From contig OZ024742.1 of assembly GCA_964016885.1 (NCBI GenBank), forward strand, positions 245,644,001-245,708,000: a DNA stretch of 64,000 bases, read 5' to 3'. How positions within the stretch are numbered: the first letter of the stretch is position 1; the number at the start of each line of letters is the position of its first letter. The notes below the pieces were generated by a model. The model was not told the origin of the DNA, did no database searches, and was given only the letters and a program-made list of their open reading frames with translations. Source of the DNA: Eledone cirrhosa (taxonomy: Eukaryota). A program made the position numbers and the translations under genes. Below, one piece after another: positions 12,985 through 25,479 of the stretch.

Positions 12985-14078
12985 CTAACGAAATTAACTG
13001 CTTGAAAGCAACAAGTTATCTTTCAATTTAAGATCAATGCAGGCATCGTATAGACGGCCTTTCGTTTGTAGGGAGAAACTTTTTGTCAACAAAGGTAGTA
13101 GCTCTCTGAATTTCCCAGCTACTTATTCTAGCTACTATACTCTTCACTGTTAATTAGCTCACCTAGGTAACAAAAACTATCACCTGCCTCTATGGAGCCT
13201 TCCAAGGATTTGAAAAAAGTTTATTTCACCGAGGCTCTTACTACTACTAACTACCCATATACATCTCCCATATACAAACCCTTTTCTGTTATTCTTTCTA
13301 CAATCTCACTACACCTATTGTGTACATCATAAAGAGTTTATACCTACTTCTTTTCTATTTATCGAGCACGGCCACCTCCCTGATGGGATCAGGGTTTTGT
13401 CTTCGTTCCCACTTAGTGAAACTTTGGTCTTTGCTAGGTTTACTCTGAGCCCTTTTGATTCTAAGTTATGTTTCCTCAGCAGGAATTTATTTTCTTGCTC
13501 TTGCAGATTCAGCAATAAGAACCAAGTCATACAGAGGTTCCCATGGGCAGCTGTCATAAACTCCTCTGTTATGGCATGAAGGACTATAATAAACAGAAAT
13601 AACAAAATTGTGCTGAGGACTGAGCATTGATGAATACCTACCTGCACATTAAACTCTTCACTAAACTCATTACTTATTTTCACTTTGCTGGTGGCTCTTC
13701 TGTACATGGCTTTCACTGCTCTCACAAGCCTTTCTTTATCCTAGTTTGCTTAAGGAACACCAGATAACGTCATGGGACTATGTCAAAGGCTTCTCTCCTG
13801 TTCAATGAAATCTAAATATAGCGGCTCACATTTAGCTAGGAACTTCTAGTAGTTGTCTTACTAAGAAGAAGGCATCTGTGGTGCTTCTTTCTGACACAAA
13901 ACCAAATTGCATCTCATCTAATTTCACTCTTTTCCTAATTAGTTGTGCTAAATCTCTTTTGGTCAATTTCTTGGTTTATTAGTTTTATACTTCTGTTGTA
14001 GCTCCTTTCCAGAGCATTACCTTTTCGTTTGTAACAGTTAATGATTATACTGCTGCACCAGTCTTTGACTGTGACATC
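12985..14078 (-). mobile_element. Decayed RTE LINE RT fragment in intron 1
   Basis: QFGFVSERSTTDAF, VGIHQCSVLS and ESKGLRVNLAKTK; homologous to 5637-6510. Confidence 0.8.
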
Positions 14079-14079
14079 A

Positions 14080-16390
14080 TCATGTGTGGTTAGAAAAAGC
14101 TATCTCACTTACAGCTTTTCATAGGCGCCGCTAAATCCCATTATTGGTTTCTCCTCTTCCACGTGCGTCCAACTCATTAACACCGGGAGCTGCCAAAACT
14201 CGCGTCCACACCGTTCCTGGTCACCACTAGAGAGAGGCCGATCTGCTGGCCCTTCCGGTCGAGCACCCTTCCATCCAAGCACCCCTCCGGTCAAGCACTC
14301 CCCAGCTTCCGGCCGCCGCACGCCACACCATCCCCCCCCCCCCCCGATCTCAAGGATCAATTTCCTCCTCGTCCTTCTGCATATGAAAGTCTGCTGTCCA
14401 GGTTGGTGGTTTGTGACTTTGCGATCTCCGCAGTGTTGGGCGGCACTTTGGGTTTCTTCTTCCTCGGAGTCCATTGACACAGTGATTCTAAGGACATCCA
14501 GGACATGACGTGGTACTCCGTCCACGGACACATTGTTCTGGGAATTTACGGCCGTCACCATTCCCCTTCCCCATTGAGATGTGCAACGTTCATCTGGGGG
14601 CTTAACCCAGACTTCTTCGCCCACCTGCACGAATGCACTCTCTCTCCCCACTGGCCGTTGTGGTGGCATGCACGGGTGCCGCCACTCGTATCTGAATACT
14701 GCTCTGTGTGGTACCGATTCCTCGACCTGTCCCACCTGAGGGGACATGTTGTACCAGAACACTGCCTCCATTGGTGAGATATGGCCCCACTCCGCCATTG
14801 CCTTGATCGTCCGGTGATCTCGCCCCACAATTCCATTCCTGCTCGGCCTGTGGGCTGCTCTGAAGAAACGGTCCACCTTCCATCCATTGAGCATCTCCCT
14901 CAGCGCCTCCGAGCGGAACACTGCGCTGTTGTCCATCAGCAGTTCGTCCACAGGACCCCGCTCCAAGAACACCTCTCTCAACATCCATATGATTTCCTCG
15001 GCTGTTCCAGTCTTCATCTCCCTCCATATCGCCATCCGTCCTGGTCCACAGTCGACCATCGAGAGGTACGTTCCCTGTCGGTAGTGCGTTATATCCACCG
15101 CCAATCGCTTCCAGTCGCAATCCACCGGGAGGCTTCCCGTTTCGTGCACACCCGGGGCGGGATCAATGGACTGACATCGGACGCAGCCTCTAAGCACCCT
15201 TTGAACACTGTGTCTGTTAACGTCCGAGTCGATTCTCCTGGCTAGGAACAGGCTCCTATCCACTCCCATGTGGTGCATGTCATGCAACCCTTTCAGATCC
15301 GACTCGGTCAGCCGACACATGGCAGCTATCTCATCTTCTACCTCCTCCAGCGCTTCCATCCAGGCTTTCTTCACCCTATTTTTCTCTGAGGGCACGAAAA
15401 CTACGCTCAGCCTCAGGTCGAACTCGGTGGCCAGCTCTCCTAAATTTCCCAGGCGGCGCTTTATCAGCATCTCCGCCACCCCTCTCGTTCGCACTCTCTT
15501 CTCACTGGTGAGCACTGATCTCACCCATCCAAGTACAGTAGCCGAGTCGGTGCATATCTCAATGGTGCACAGTCCCCACCTCAGGGCAAGGTTCACCCCT
15601 CTCAACACTGCGTCCAGTTTGGCCACATTGATGTGGTTGCAGTCGTCCTTTTTCCTAAGCCAGGCTGCATCCTCAACCTCAACATCTATCTCCAACGTGA
15701 CACCCAGCGCTATGCTGCTGGCATCGCACCATACGGTTCCGCTCTGCGATTTGGGAACATACCAGCGTCCCCGCACTGGGTCGTCAGCTTTCACCCTCCC
15801 CACGATCTCCTGCATCATGACCACCGTCTTCTCTCCCACTCTGTCACTCCAAGTCACCCCCTCCCACTCGTCTCTTGACATAGCTACATGCCGTCCGGAG
15901 CCACCCAGCAATCGGGTAGTGACCCGCCAACTTTCCACACACCGAGAAAAGCTCCCGCCTACTCATACTTGGGCCTAGTTCTGGAACTTCATTTCCCCTC
16001 TGGAATACCAAGACGCCCGTCCTGTCTCGCCGTAGCCTAAGTCCCAGCGCGGCTCCTCCCTCCAACGCTTCTGACGGCTTCGCAGCCAGTCCATACCCCT
16101 GTAAATGGCTCGTGACCTCCGCTGCCGACACCACAGACTCATCCACTAGGATGTCGTCAATGTAGGAGTTAGTGGCCCTCTTCATCTTGTCGGCCTTTCC
16201 CAGAATGGTCTTGAGGACCGCCGCCAAGATCTTCGGTGCGGAGCTCAGCTCGAAACCGAGCCTGGTCAGGCAATATGTCCGGCCCTTATACCTGACCTGC
16301 TGATACTGCCAGAGCTTCTCATCTATATGCAATTGCAAGTGTGCCGACTTTAGATCTACGATTGCTGAACCCCCCGTCATGCGTCTCCAC
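14080..16390 (-). mobile_element. Ty3/Gypsy LTR retrotransposon remnant: RT-RNaseH-integrase, PPT and partial 3' LTR
   Basis: RT: VDLKSAHLQL, YCLTRLGF, YIDDI. RNaseH: WCDASS, HINVA, TDS. Integrase: HHCC, VDITH, MDNS. One frameshift near 15850-15940. G-tract (PPT) at 14332-14345 precedes LTR-like sequence. Confidence 0.9.
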
Positions 16391-16839
16391 TCAACCTTTC
16401 AATTGCAAGGCCAATGCTCTAACCACTAAGCCATGTGCCTCCATAATGTTTGTTTATAAATATGTATGAGCAGACATGTGTGTATGCACTTCTGTTGTCT
16501 GTGTGTCTATTTATGTATTTATGTTTAGATGTGTGTGTATGTCAACATGTCAAACATGCGGGCTGCATGCAGCCCTTTAGAAGCACACCTGCGGCCTGCA
16601 CAAAGGTCTTTACAGCGCGAGCATGTTTTATCTTTGAAATATAAAATTTTAAAAATGAGTTGTAGTGTGTGCAATTAGTTGTCATGTGTGGCCCTCGGAC
16701 AACACAAATGTGACCCATGTAGCCCTCGGGGGACCCTCAGTTTGATATGCCTGCTGTATGTAACTAAAGCATAACATACATTATGAATGGACGAAACAAA
16801 CCAAGAATTATATTATGATGTTTTTGTTTTTATTCTCAG

Positions 16840-17013
16840 ATGGATTCGTTTTTGACACTGGCTATGTTGATTCTCATGCTGATTCTCAGTACAACCCTAA
16901 ACTTCCTGTGATCCTTGCTATCCATCATGTTATGTCTAGTCATGAAGACCTTGTTCCACTCCTTGCACCATTAGTCTTGAAAAATTACAGAGTTATTGGA
17001 CTTAATCTTCCAA
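16840..17013 (+). CDS. Alpha/beta-hydrolase-fold protein, exon 2
   Basis: TTCTCAG| acceptor, GFVFDTGYVDS...VILAIHHVMSSHEDLVPLLAPLVLKNYRVIGLNLP, A|GTAAGT donor (phase 1). Confidence 0.9.
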
Positions 17014-17763
17014 GTAAGTACAACTGTAACATTATAGAAGTACCTCCTAATATCCTGTAACGATTTAGCAGAAAATATGTTTTTAGTACCTTTACTAGTG
17101 AACAGATCTTGAATATTTGCAGTATCATTTCTGTAAAGATTTAGCAGAAAATGTACAAAAATAATGTCTTGAGCTCCTGATGGAATTGTAGGGGTATTGT
17201 TGTGACACATGGCAGCCTGAAGATAACTGATTTATTCTACAGAGAGAGAGATTCACCTCTAGTAGTACCAGTCTGATATTTTATTAATCTCAAAATAGAA
17301 TGAATAAATAAGATGTCTCTCCCACCTGTCTAACCCATACAGTACCAGATTTTCCATTGTGCTTGCAAGTGCTTAAGCACAGAGCCCCCCCCCCCCCCCC
17401 CTAATTTTTTACAATGAGTTTTTCAAATGTAAGGTGCCTCATAACTTAACTAACTCAGGGCCTCATTTGTCCTAAATCAGGCACTGCGAGCATGGAAAGC
17501 AGATGTAAATTGATGAGGAGGAAAAGGAGGAAAAACAAAGTTGACCTTGGTGGAATTTAGACTCAGTGTGCCGAGAGCTAGGACAAATCCTATAAAGCAA
17601 TTTATCAAATGTTCTAATCATCATCATTGTTTAATGTTCATTTTTACACGCTAGCATGGGTTAGACGGGTTGCCTGTTTGAGGCAAGTTGGGTCTGGTGA
17701 GTGTGTCTTGCTCATGCCAAACTGTTTCTGGCTTAGTTTTTACAGCCCTTCCTAACGCCAACC

Positions 17764-18790
17764 ACATTTACAGTGTGCTGGGTGCTTTTTGTTGTGACTC
17801 CTACATGACCAATTTACAGTGTGGACTGGGTGGTTTTTGTGACACCCACATTACCACTTTACAGTCTGGACTGGTTGGTTTTTGTCACACCCACATTACC
17901 ACTTTACAGTGTGGACTAGATGCTTCTTGTGACACCCACATTACCACTTTACAGTGTGGACTGGGTGGTTTTTGTGACACCCATATTACCACTTTACAGT
18001 GTGGACTGGGTGGTTTTTGTGACACCCACATTACCACTTTACAGTGTGGACTAGATGCTTTTTGTGACACCCACATTACCACTTTACAGTGTGGACTAGA
18101 TGCTTCTTGTGACACCCACATTACCACTTTACAGTGTGGACTGGGTGGTTTTTGTCACACCCACATTACCACTTTACAGTGTGGACTGGGTGGTTTTTGT
18201 GACACCCACATTACCACTTTACAGTGTGGACTGGGTGGTTTTTGTCACACCCACATTACCACTTTACAGTGTGGACTGGGTGGTTTTTGTGACACCCACA
18301 TTACCACTTTACAGTCTGGACTGGGTGGTTTTTGTCACACCCACATTACCACTTTACAGTGTGGACTGGGTGGTTTTTGTGACACCCACATTACCACTTT
18401 ACAGTGTGGACTGGGTGGTTTTTGTCACACCCACATTACCACTTTACAGTGTGGACTGGGTGGTTTTTGTGACACCCACATTACCACTTTACAGTGTGGA
18501 CTGGGTGATTTTTGTGACACCCACATTACCACTTTACAGTGTGGACTGGGTGGTTTTTGTGACACCCACATTACCACTTTACAGTGTGGACTGGGTGGTT
18601 TTTGTGACACCCACATTACCACTTTACAGTGTGGACTGGGTGGTTTTTGTCACACCCACATTACCACTTTACAGTGTGGACTGGGTGGTTTTTGTCACAC
18701 CCACATTACCACTTTACAGTGTGGACTAGATGCTTTTTGTGACACCCACATTACCACTTTACAGTGTGGACTGGGTGGTTTTTGCCATGT
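17764..18790. repeat. 45-bp minisatellite, ~22 units, inside an RTE 3'UTR-derived repeat
   Basis: Unit TTACCACTTTACAGTGTGGACTGGGTGGTTTTTGTGACACCCACA, preceded by the (CAT)n-GTTTAA..GCTAGCATGGGTTAGACG tail at 17617-17670. Confidence 0.95.
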
Positions 18791-19169
18791 TGCCATCATG
18801 ACCAGTCGTCGTCGTCATTGTTGCTGTACCCATCGCCGCCTCCTCCCCCTCCTCCCCCCCTCCTCCTCCCCCCTCCTCCTCCTCATCCTCCTCCTCCTCC
18901 ATTGTTGAGAGTTCCAACCAGAGAAATTAATTCTAGGAGGCATTGAAGAATTGTTTGAGTGGCAGCGTGTTGCATTGTGAGCAAGAGACTTCATTTATAG
19001 TTACTTTTCATGTTAGTCTGGTACCCCTATCATTAAAGCACCTGAGAAACCTACTATGAGATGTAACTCTATTAGGGTCCAGCAAATCTGCAAATTTCTG
19101 TTTTTTCATCACATTTTAGTAATAATTGAAATTCAATATTGTCTGACAAATTGATAATTTTAATTTTAG

Positions 19170-19281
19170 GTTCTCCACAAACAAAAGGCATTGGTTTGGG
19201 TCATGATGATGGTTTCCTTCACACCACTATTGAGAATGCAGAGTTTATTCATGATTTTATGAAAGAGATGAAAATACCACA
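19170..19281 (+). CDS. Alpha/beta-hydrolase-fold protein, exon 3
   Basis: TTTTAG| acceptor, SPQTKGIGLGHDDGFLHTTIENAEFIHDFMKEMKIP, CA|GTAACT donor (phase 2). Confidence 0.85.
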
Positions 19282-19939
19282 GTAACTATTACCTTCTTCT
19301 TCGCTTACTGAGGGTCATGGGGAGTCCTCAAGCATGCTTTTTCAGCAGGTCCTGTCAGAAGCCACCATCTCCAATTCAATTGGTGTGACCAGCTGAGCTC
19401 ATGGATGTTTTCCAATCATCTTGCTTGATGTCTACTCCTGAGTCTCCTGCTAGTTGTCATCATTAATATCTACAATTATATTGACTCAATAGGGTGGTGG
19501 ATTGACAGTATTGGTAGAGGGCCGGACGCCCAGCTTTAATGCATGGAGTTACTGCCCTTGCCATTCTGAGTTCAAATCGCGCCGAGGTTAACTTTGCCTT
19601 TCATCCTTACGGGGTCAATAAAATAAAGTACCAGTAATGTACTGGTTAATTGCTGGCCTTGTGCCAAAAGTAGAAACAATTATATTGACTCACTATGAGC
19701 CTTTAATTCAGTGCATGTTTAGTGTATTTATTGCGCAAACTCACAAAAAAGCATTCACACAATGTCGACATCTTATACATTCATCATCATATACATGCAC
19801 ACACACATCATCACGATCATCATATATACACATACATACACACACATCCACTGGTTGCAGTTGACAGTAGTTATTATGAAGATGTTATTGAAGAATGTTC
19901 CCATTAATTTTCTCTACAATATTTTTTCCTGTCCAAAAG

Positions 19940-20056
19940 GGTTGATGTAATGGTTGGTCATGGCACAGGATGCTATCCTGTCATTCGTTTATGTGCAAAA
20001 AGCAATCTATGTAAATCTGCAGCTTTAATCTCTCCTGGAGGTCACTTACCATGCCC
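19940..20056 (+). CDS. Alpha/beta-hydrolase-fold protein, exon 4 (nucleophile elbow)
   Basis: AAG| acceptor, VDVMVGHGTGCYPVIRLCAKSNLCKSAALISPGGHLPC, CC|GTAAGT donor (phase 2). Confidence 0.85.
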
Positions 20057-20956
20057 GTAAGTATTATTTTATTACTTCTATATACAAAACAAAATACATC
20101 TGGTACACCCTGTAAAGTCGCAGTGCCATAAAAGATACTTAGTACATGCTATAAAGTTATATAGTGCTAGTACCATGGTTAAATATGCCTAGTAAAGTGA
20201 TAATGATGGTGCTATGATAAAATATACCTAGTATATGCTATAAAAGGTTAGTGCTAGTACCATGGTTAAATATGCCCAGAACACTCTGTAAAGTGATAGT
20301 GATGGTGTCAGGATAAACTATACAAAGTACACTCTGGTGCCATGATAAAATGCACCTTGTCCACTCAGTGAAGTGGTAGTGTTGGTACCGTGATAAAATA
20401 TACCCAGTACACTGTAAAGTGATAGTGCTGGTGCCATGATAAAATGCAACCTGTACACTATAAAGTGGGAGTGCTGGTGCTATGATAAAATGTACCCAGT
20501 AGACTCTGTAAAGTGGTAGTACTGATGCCACAATAAAATACATTCAGTACATGCTGTAAAGTGGTTGGTATTAGGAAGGACATTCAACTGTAAAAACTAT
20601 TTTAAAATATGGAATTTATGAGCAAGACATGTTATCCTGACTGGCCAAGTCTTAGAACGTGAAAACCTCTCCATCTCTTGTCAGCATGGAAAGTAGACAT
20701 AAAATGATGATGATACACTTGTAACATATGAGCAAGATGAGGTGTCTCTGACCTGCCTAATCTTAGAAGGTGACAATCGATCCAAACTATGCCAGCATGG
20801 AAAATTGATGTAAAACAATGATGATGGAATGTATGAGCAAGATGACAACCTATCCAACACATGCCAACATGGAAACCTGATGTAAAATTATGATGATAAT
20901 ATATGTGTGTTGTTATAGATAACTCACACACATATATATATATATTAATATAGAAA

Positions 20957-21056
20957 TGACTTCTACAGGATTAGAACCGTTTCATTTGTATAAAATCAGC
21001 AGGAATGTCCTGAAAATTTCATACAAATGAAACAGTTCTAGTCCTGTAGAAGTCAC
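20957..21056. repeat. ~100-bp hairpin / mini-MITE
   Basis: TGACTTCTACAGGATTAGAACCGTTTCATTTGTAT pairs with ATACAAATGAAACAGTTCTAGTCCTGTAGAAGTCA (2 mismatches), ~30-nt spacer. Confidence 0.7.
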
Positions 21057-21367
21057 TGTTGTTTAACATCCGCTTTCCCTGCTAGCAAAGGTTATATATA
21101 TATATGTATATATGTATGTAAGCATCTGTGATTAGAATATGGTGGCGATTGAAAAATTTGAAAATAGAATTAGAAGCTGTCACCATATATTGACTATGTG
21201 CTGATACCCATTTTCTTTTGTTATTGGGGTTCATATGCCTTAATATTAGACTATTTTCTGTAGTCAATAATAATTGTTTCTATTTTTGACACAAGGCCAG
21301 CAATTACCCAGTGCATTACTGGTACTTTATTTTATCGACCCCCGTAGTCAATAATAATAATGATAAT

Positions 21368-21852
21368 AAAAATTATTGTGTACAGTGCTCAGGTGCACTA
21401 CAACTCATCAAAGGTGTATGTATAGTACATAGAATAATGCAGGAATGTGCACAGTGTATGAGTCATAATATACACACAGATACATGCGTGTGTGTGTGTA
21501 TGGAGGGGGAATATCAGGTATAGTGTTGGCGAATTTCGGGAAGCATGGAAATTATGAAAGATGCAGTATCCCGACAGTTAACAACCAATGCAGGTAGTTT
21601 GTTCCGTGCTTCAGCAACTCTTAGCATGAAAAAATGTTTCCGTGAGTCAAGGGAGCTGTGCTGTTTTCTGACTTTGTAGGCATGCCCATGGGTGTTAGAC
21701 ATGGAATTCAAAAAGGTGCTCAGGGTTGTTGTTAGAAAGATGGTTAATAATTTTGTGGGTGTCTACCAAGTCAGTCGCCAGACATCGGAGCTTTAATGTA
21801 TCCATGCCCAGTGAAGCAAGGCATTCAGAGTATGGTAGATGCCTTATGGAAG
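21368..21852 (-). mobile_element. CR1/L2-like LINE 3' fragment
   Basis: SNTHGHAYKVRKQHS..RKHFF..RVAEARNKLP; homologous to the 3' end of 25480-27470. Confidence 0.8.
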
Positions 21853-22001
21853 CATTTTTGTTGGAAAATTATGAACGTCTGCACACCCAAAAATGATAGC
21901 AATATGCTTATGATCTTTGAAATAAATTATTAAAATGTCTCCTTTTCTCTTTGTTTGTTTATATATATATATAATGTGTGTGTTTATGTATATTTATATA
22001 G

Positions 22002-22179
22002 AGGTGTTCAGCCTCAGACACTCTACAAATTGTTCACGGATATGTGGGATATACCATACCTTCGACCGTTTGCAAAGATCCTTCTCTATGGATGCAAAAT
22101 CAAGGGAAATTACAGGAAAGTTGTGACAGAAGATATGATAAGGAGTTTCTACGTTCTCAGTGGTATAGACTTTGATAGC
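22002..22179 (+). CDS. Alpha/beta-hydrolase-fold protein, exon 5
   Basis: TATAG| acceptor, GVQPQTLYKLFTDMWDIPYLRPFAKILL...VLSGIDFDS, |GTGAGT donor (phase 0). Confidence 0.85.
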
Positions 22180-22787
22180 GTGAGTATAAGTAACTTTTAT
22201 TTTGATTTTTATTGTCGGTGCCACGATACAATGCACCCAGTACATTCTGTAAAGTGGTAGTGTTAATGCCACAATAAAATGTACCTATTATGCTAAGGGT
22301 AGAACTATGTTAAGGGTACATATATCTATGGAATACTCAACCACTAGCATATTAATTTCGCATGCAGGCTTTTCCATTGTTCAAACTACTGGAATACACA
22401 TGATTGGAACCAATAAAGATCCAACAAACTTACTCTGTAAAGTGCTGGTGCCATGATAAAATGCACCCAGTACACCCTGTAAAGTGGTAGTGTAGGTGCC
22501 AAGATAAAATGCATCTTGTAAACTTTGTGAAGGGGTTTGTATTAAAAAGGGTATCCAGCTGTCAAAGTATGGAATGAATGAGAAAGACGTAGCTATATGA
22601 CCATGGCATGTCATGACCTGTCCAATCCATGCCAACGTGGAATGTGGATGTAAAATGATGATGATGTTGATTGGTTTATTTATTTACCTTTCACAGTTAT
22701 ACTTGCTTGACAAAGACTTGATCTGAGATCATGTGTGGAAACTGGAACAATGGAAGAGACGTTTAAAACACTTATCATTGCCATCAT

Positions 22788-23013
22788 TTAACCCTTTAAT
22801 GTTCAAACCGGCCAAAACCGGCCAGAATTCTACCATTTTTTGTTGAAACTGGCTGTAACTGGTCACTCAAACTGGTGTTAAGGTATTGTTCTCAAAATAA
22901 ATACTTTCAAAATCTCATAGATTCGATATTATGTGAGATAATTATGTGAGATAAAGCCTTTACCATGAAAATATAATAGTATATATAGAGTAATGTAAAT
23001 GTTAAAGGGTTAA
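22788..23013. mobile_element. piggyBac-like MITE (TTAA-CCCTT...AAGGG-TTAA)
   Basis: TTAA-flanked CCC/GGG termini. Inverted homolog at 24197-24426. Confidence 0.6.
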
Positions 23014-23039
23014 TGTCTACTTTCCATGGGTAAATGTGT

Positions 23040-23290
23040 TGGATTTACAATCATAATGTTGTGGGTTCAATTCCTGGACTGGGTTGTGTTGTGTTCTTGA
23101 GCCAAACTTTTCATTTCAAGTTGCTCTAGGATATTCAGCTGAAAATGAGTACCAGCAATAGCTGGGAGTTTAACCCTACGATGGATTAGTGTCCTGTCCA
23201 GGGTAAGTCTTGTACTCTCAGTTGCTTCATGCCATGGAAACCAAGATAAGCACCAGCCTGATGAGCCTCTGGGCTTGCAACAGACTTTAG
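23040..23290 (+). mobile_element. tRNA-derived SINE, family B
   Basis: B-box GGTTCAATTCC, then GTGTTCTTGAGC, CAGCTGAAAATGAGTACC and GTCCTGTCCAGGG. Other copies at 25165-25435(-), 30510-30660, 36680-36900(-), 52280-52480(-). Confidence 0.7.
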
Positions 23291-23535
23291 ATTTTTTTCC
23301 ATGGGTTGTCACTGTCCATGAATAGAGACCACATCCTGCTCATACACTCCATATTTTGGCATGGTTTCAACAGATGCATAACCTTCTTAACATCAATCAC
23401 TTTACAGAGTGTACTGGTTACATTTTACCTTTCAAAATTGGTTGTTCTGTTTCATAGAACTAGAAGCAATTTTGTGTGGGTTGCTATCAAAAGCATGTTG
23501 CAATGTTACTTATGATATCGAAACATATTGGAGTT

Positions 23536-23580
<45 letters not shown>

Positions 23581-23862
23581 TTATTCCTGAACTCTTGATT
23601 CAGTTTAGGGGCACCATAGTGATATACAGCTTGTCTTGGGCATTTGAACCATGTAGAGATCATCCCTCTCCATGTCTGAACACAGCCGGTTTCTTCCAGA
23701 GAAAGAGAGAAGTGCGAAAGAAATATAGAGGAAGAATTGACATTGAAAGGATAAAAGATGAAGTTGACTTTAGTGGGATTTGAACTTAGAGTGCAGAGAA
23801 CCAGAATGAAGGATTCTATCCGACATTCTATCGACTCTGCCAATTTGCTGCTTATTGAAGCT

Positions 23863-24107
23863 TTAACCCTTTCATTACTATATTTTTATAATGAAATACA
23901 GTTTTTGAATTAATGAAGAATTAAGATGAATTCATTAAAAGTATTAATGATTTCGTTAAGATGGTATTTGTAACATAACTTAATAAAAGATTCTTATGAC
24001 AAATTAGGTTGGAAGATTTTTATTTAGATAGGAAGCTTTTAAAACAGATGGCTTTTGCTTCACAGGACCATGGGTGGTTTTGGGCCAGTTGGTATCAAAA
24101 GGGTTAA
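23863..24107. mobile_element. piggyBac-like MITE, second family
   Basis: TTAACCCTTTCATTAC...TATCAAAAGGGTTAA. Related copies at ~1946-2150, 12705-12947, 29851-30101(-), ~62900-63045(-). Confidence 0.6.
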
Positions 24108-24196
24108 TCAAAAGAGACTAACACTTTAAGCCACTCTTGTGTTTTGACATCTTCACATATATAATTAATAAGAAAGATTTTCTGAATTCTCTAAAT

Positions 24197-24426
24197 TTAA
24201 CCCTTTAGCATTTACATTACTCTATATAAACTATTGTGTTTTAATGGTTAACAATTTATTTCACATAATTATCTCACATAATATCGAATCTATGAGATTT
24301 TGATATCATTTATTTTGAGAACAATACCTTAATGTTGGTATGAGCGGCCAGTTATGGCTGGTTTGAACAGAAGGAGGTGAAAGAATTCTTGCCAGATACA
24401 GCTGGTTTTAAATGCTAAAGGGTTAA
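24197..24426. mobile_element. piggyBac-like MITE, inverted homolog of 22788-23013
   Basis: TTAACCCTTTAGCATTT...AAATGCTAAAGGGTTAA. Contains the reverse complement of 22910-22950. Confidence 0.6.
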
Positions 24427-24476
24427 TACAATCAATTTTTATTTTAATTCATTTTGACTGTTTGCTCTTCATACAG

Positions 24477-24648
24477 ATTGGTGATTATTTATATAACATG
24501 AAAGCTAAACAAATACCTATTGGTTTTGTTTACGGTAAAGATGACAAATTTACTGGTGCTGAAATATTAGAACATTATTGCAAGTTACTCGGCTTTGAAG
24601 ATCAGCATTTTGCATATTATGATGCCAATGGCCAGTTAATAAAACAAG
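24477..24648 (+). CDS. Alpha/beta-hydrolase-fold protein, exon 6 (acid-residue strand)
   Basis: ATACAG| acceptor, IGDYLYNMKAKQIPIGFVYGKDDKF...DANGQLIKQ, G|GTGAGT donor (phase 1). Confidence 0.9.
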
Positions 24649-25479
24649 GTGAGTTTCTTTGACATTTTGTTAGGTGGTTTCTTTGGTTATTGTTTTTGGT
24701 TTTTAGTATATATCCTGTTAACCCTTTCCCAGTCTACCCTGTAAGTTGCTCATGTTGGTGACATGGCAAAAAGTGCCCAGTCCATTCAGTAAGGTGGTGA
24801 CAGTGGCTGTTGTTTCTAATAAAATCCACTGTATTTGAATTAATAATTGAAAAATTTGGTGAGATTTACTAAAGTTATTTCATTAAGATAGTATTTATAA
24901 AATAACTTAACAAAAGGTTCTTATATAAAATAATGTTGGAAGATTTTATCTGAAATAGGAATGGTTTTATTTCATGGAACTAGAAGCAGTTAAGGAGGTA
25001 AATTGGTACTGTTGTTAGAATGTTTTAACTCTTCACATCCTGAAATAAAACATTCTTGAAAAGTGCAAAACAGCACTATGACTGCATCATATTAAAAATT
25101 GAAGTCTCTACTTTAGTTTACTGCAAAATTTTACAACAATCTATCTACTAGTAAAGTTTATTGCAAGCCCGGAGACTCGTCAGGCTGGTGCTTATCCTGG
25201 TTTCGTAGCATCAAGCAACTGAGAGTACAAGACTTCCCCCTGGACAGGATGCCAGTCCATTGCAGAGTCCCCCCCCCCCCCCCCCCCGCTATTTCTGGTA
25301 CTCATTCTCAGCCGAGTACACTGGAGCAACATGAATTGAAGTGTTTTGCTCAAGAACACAACACACAACCCAGCCAGGAAATGGAACCCATGACATTATG
25401 ATTGTAAGTCCAACACCCTTACCACTAGGCCACACATAAAGGTACCACTAGTAAAGATACCATAAACATCTGAATTCCT

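Noticed and set aside
15268-15978. 236-aa + strand ORF and other overlapping ORFs
   Set aside because: Antisense shadow of the Gypsy pol frame.
17688-18908. 406-aa Cys/His-rich repeat ORF resembling a metallothionein or zinc-binding protein
   Set aside because: It is the translation of the 45-bp minisatellite (unit divisible by 3, several frames open), lies in an intron and derives from a LINE 3'UTR.
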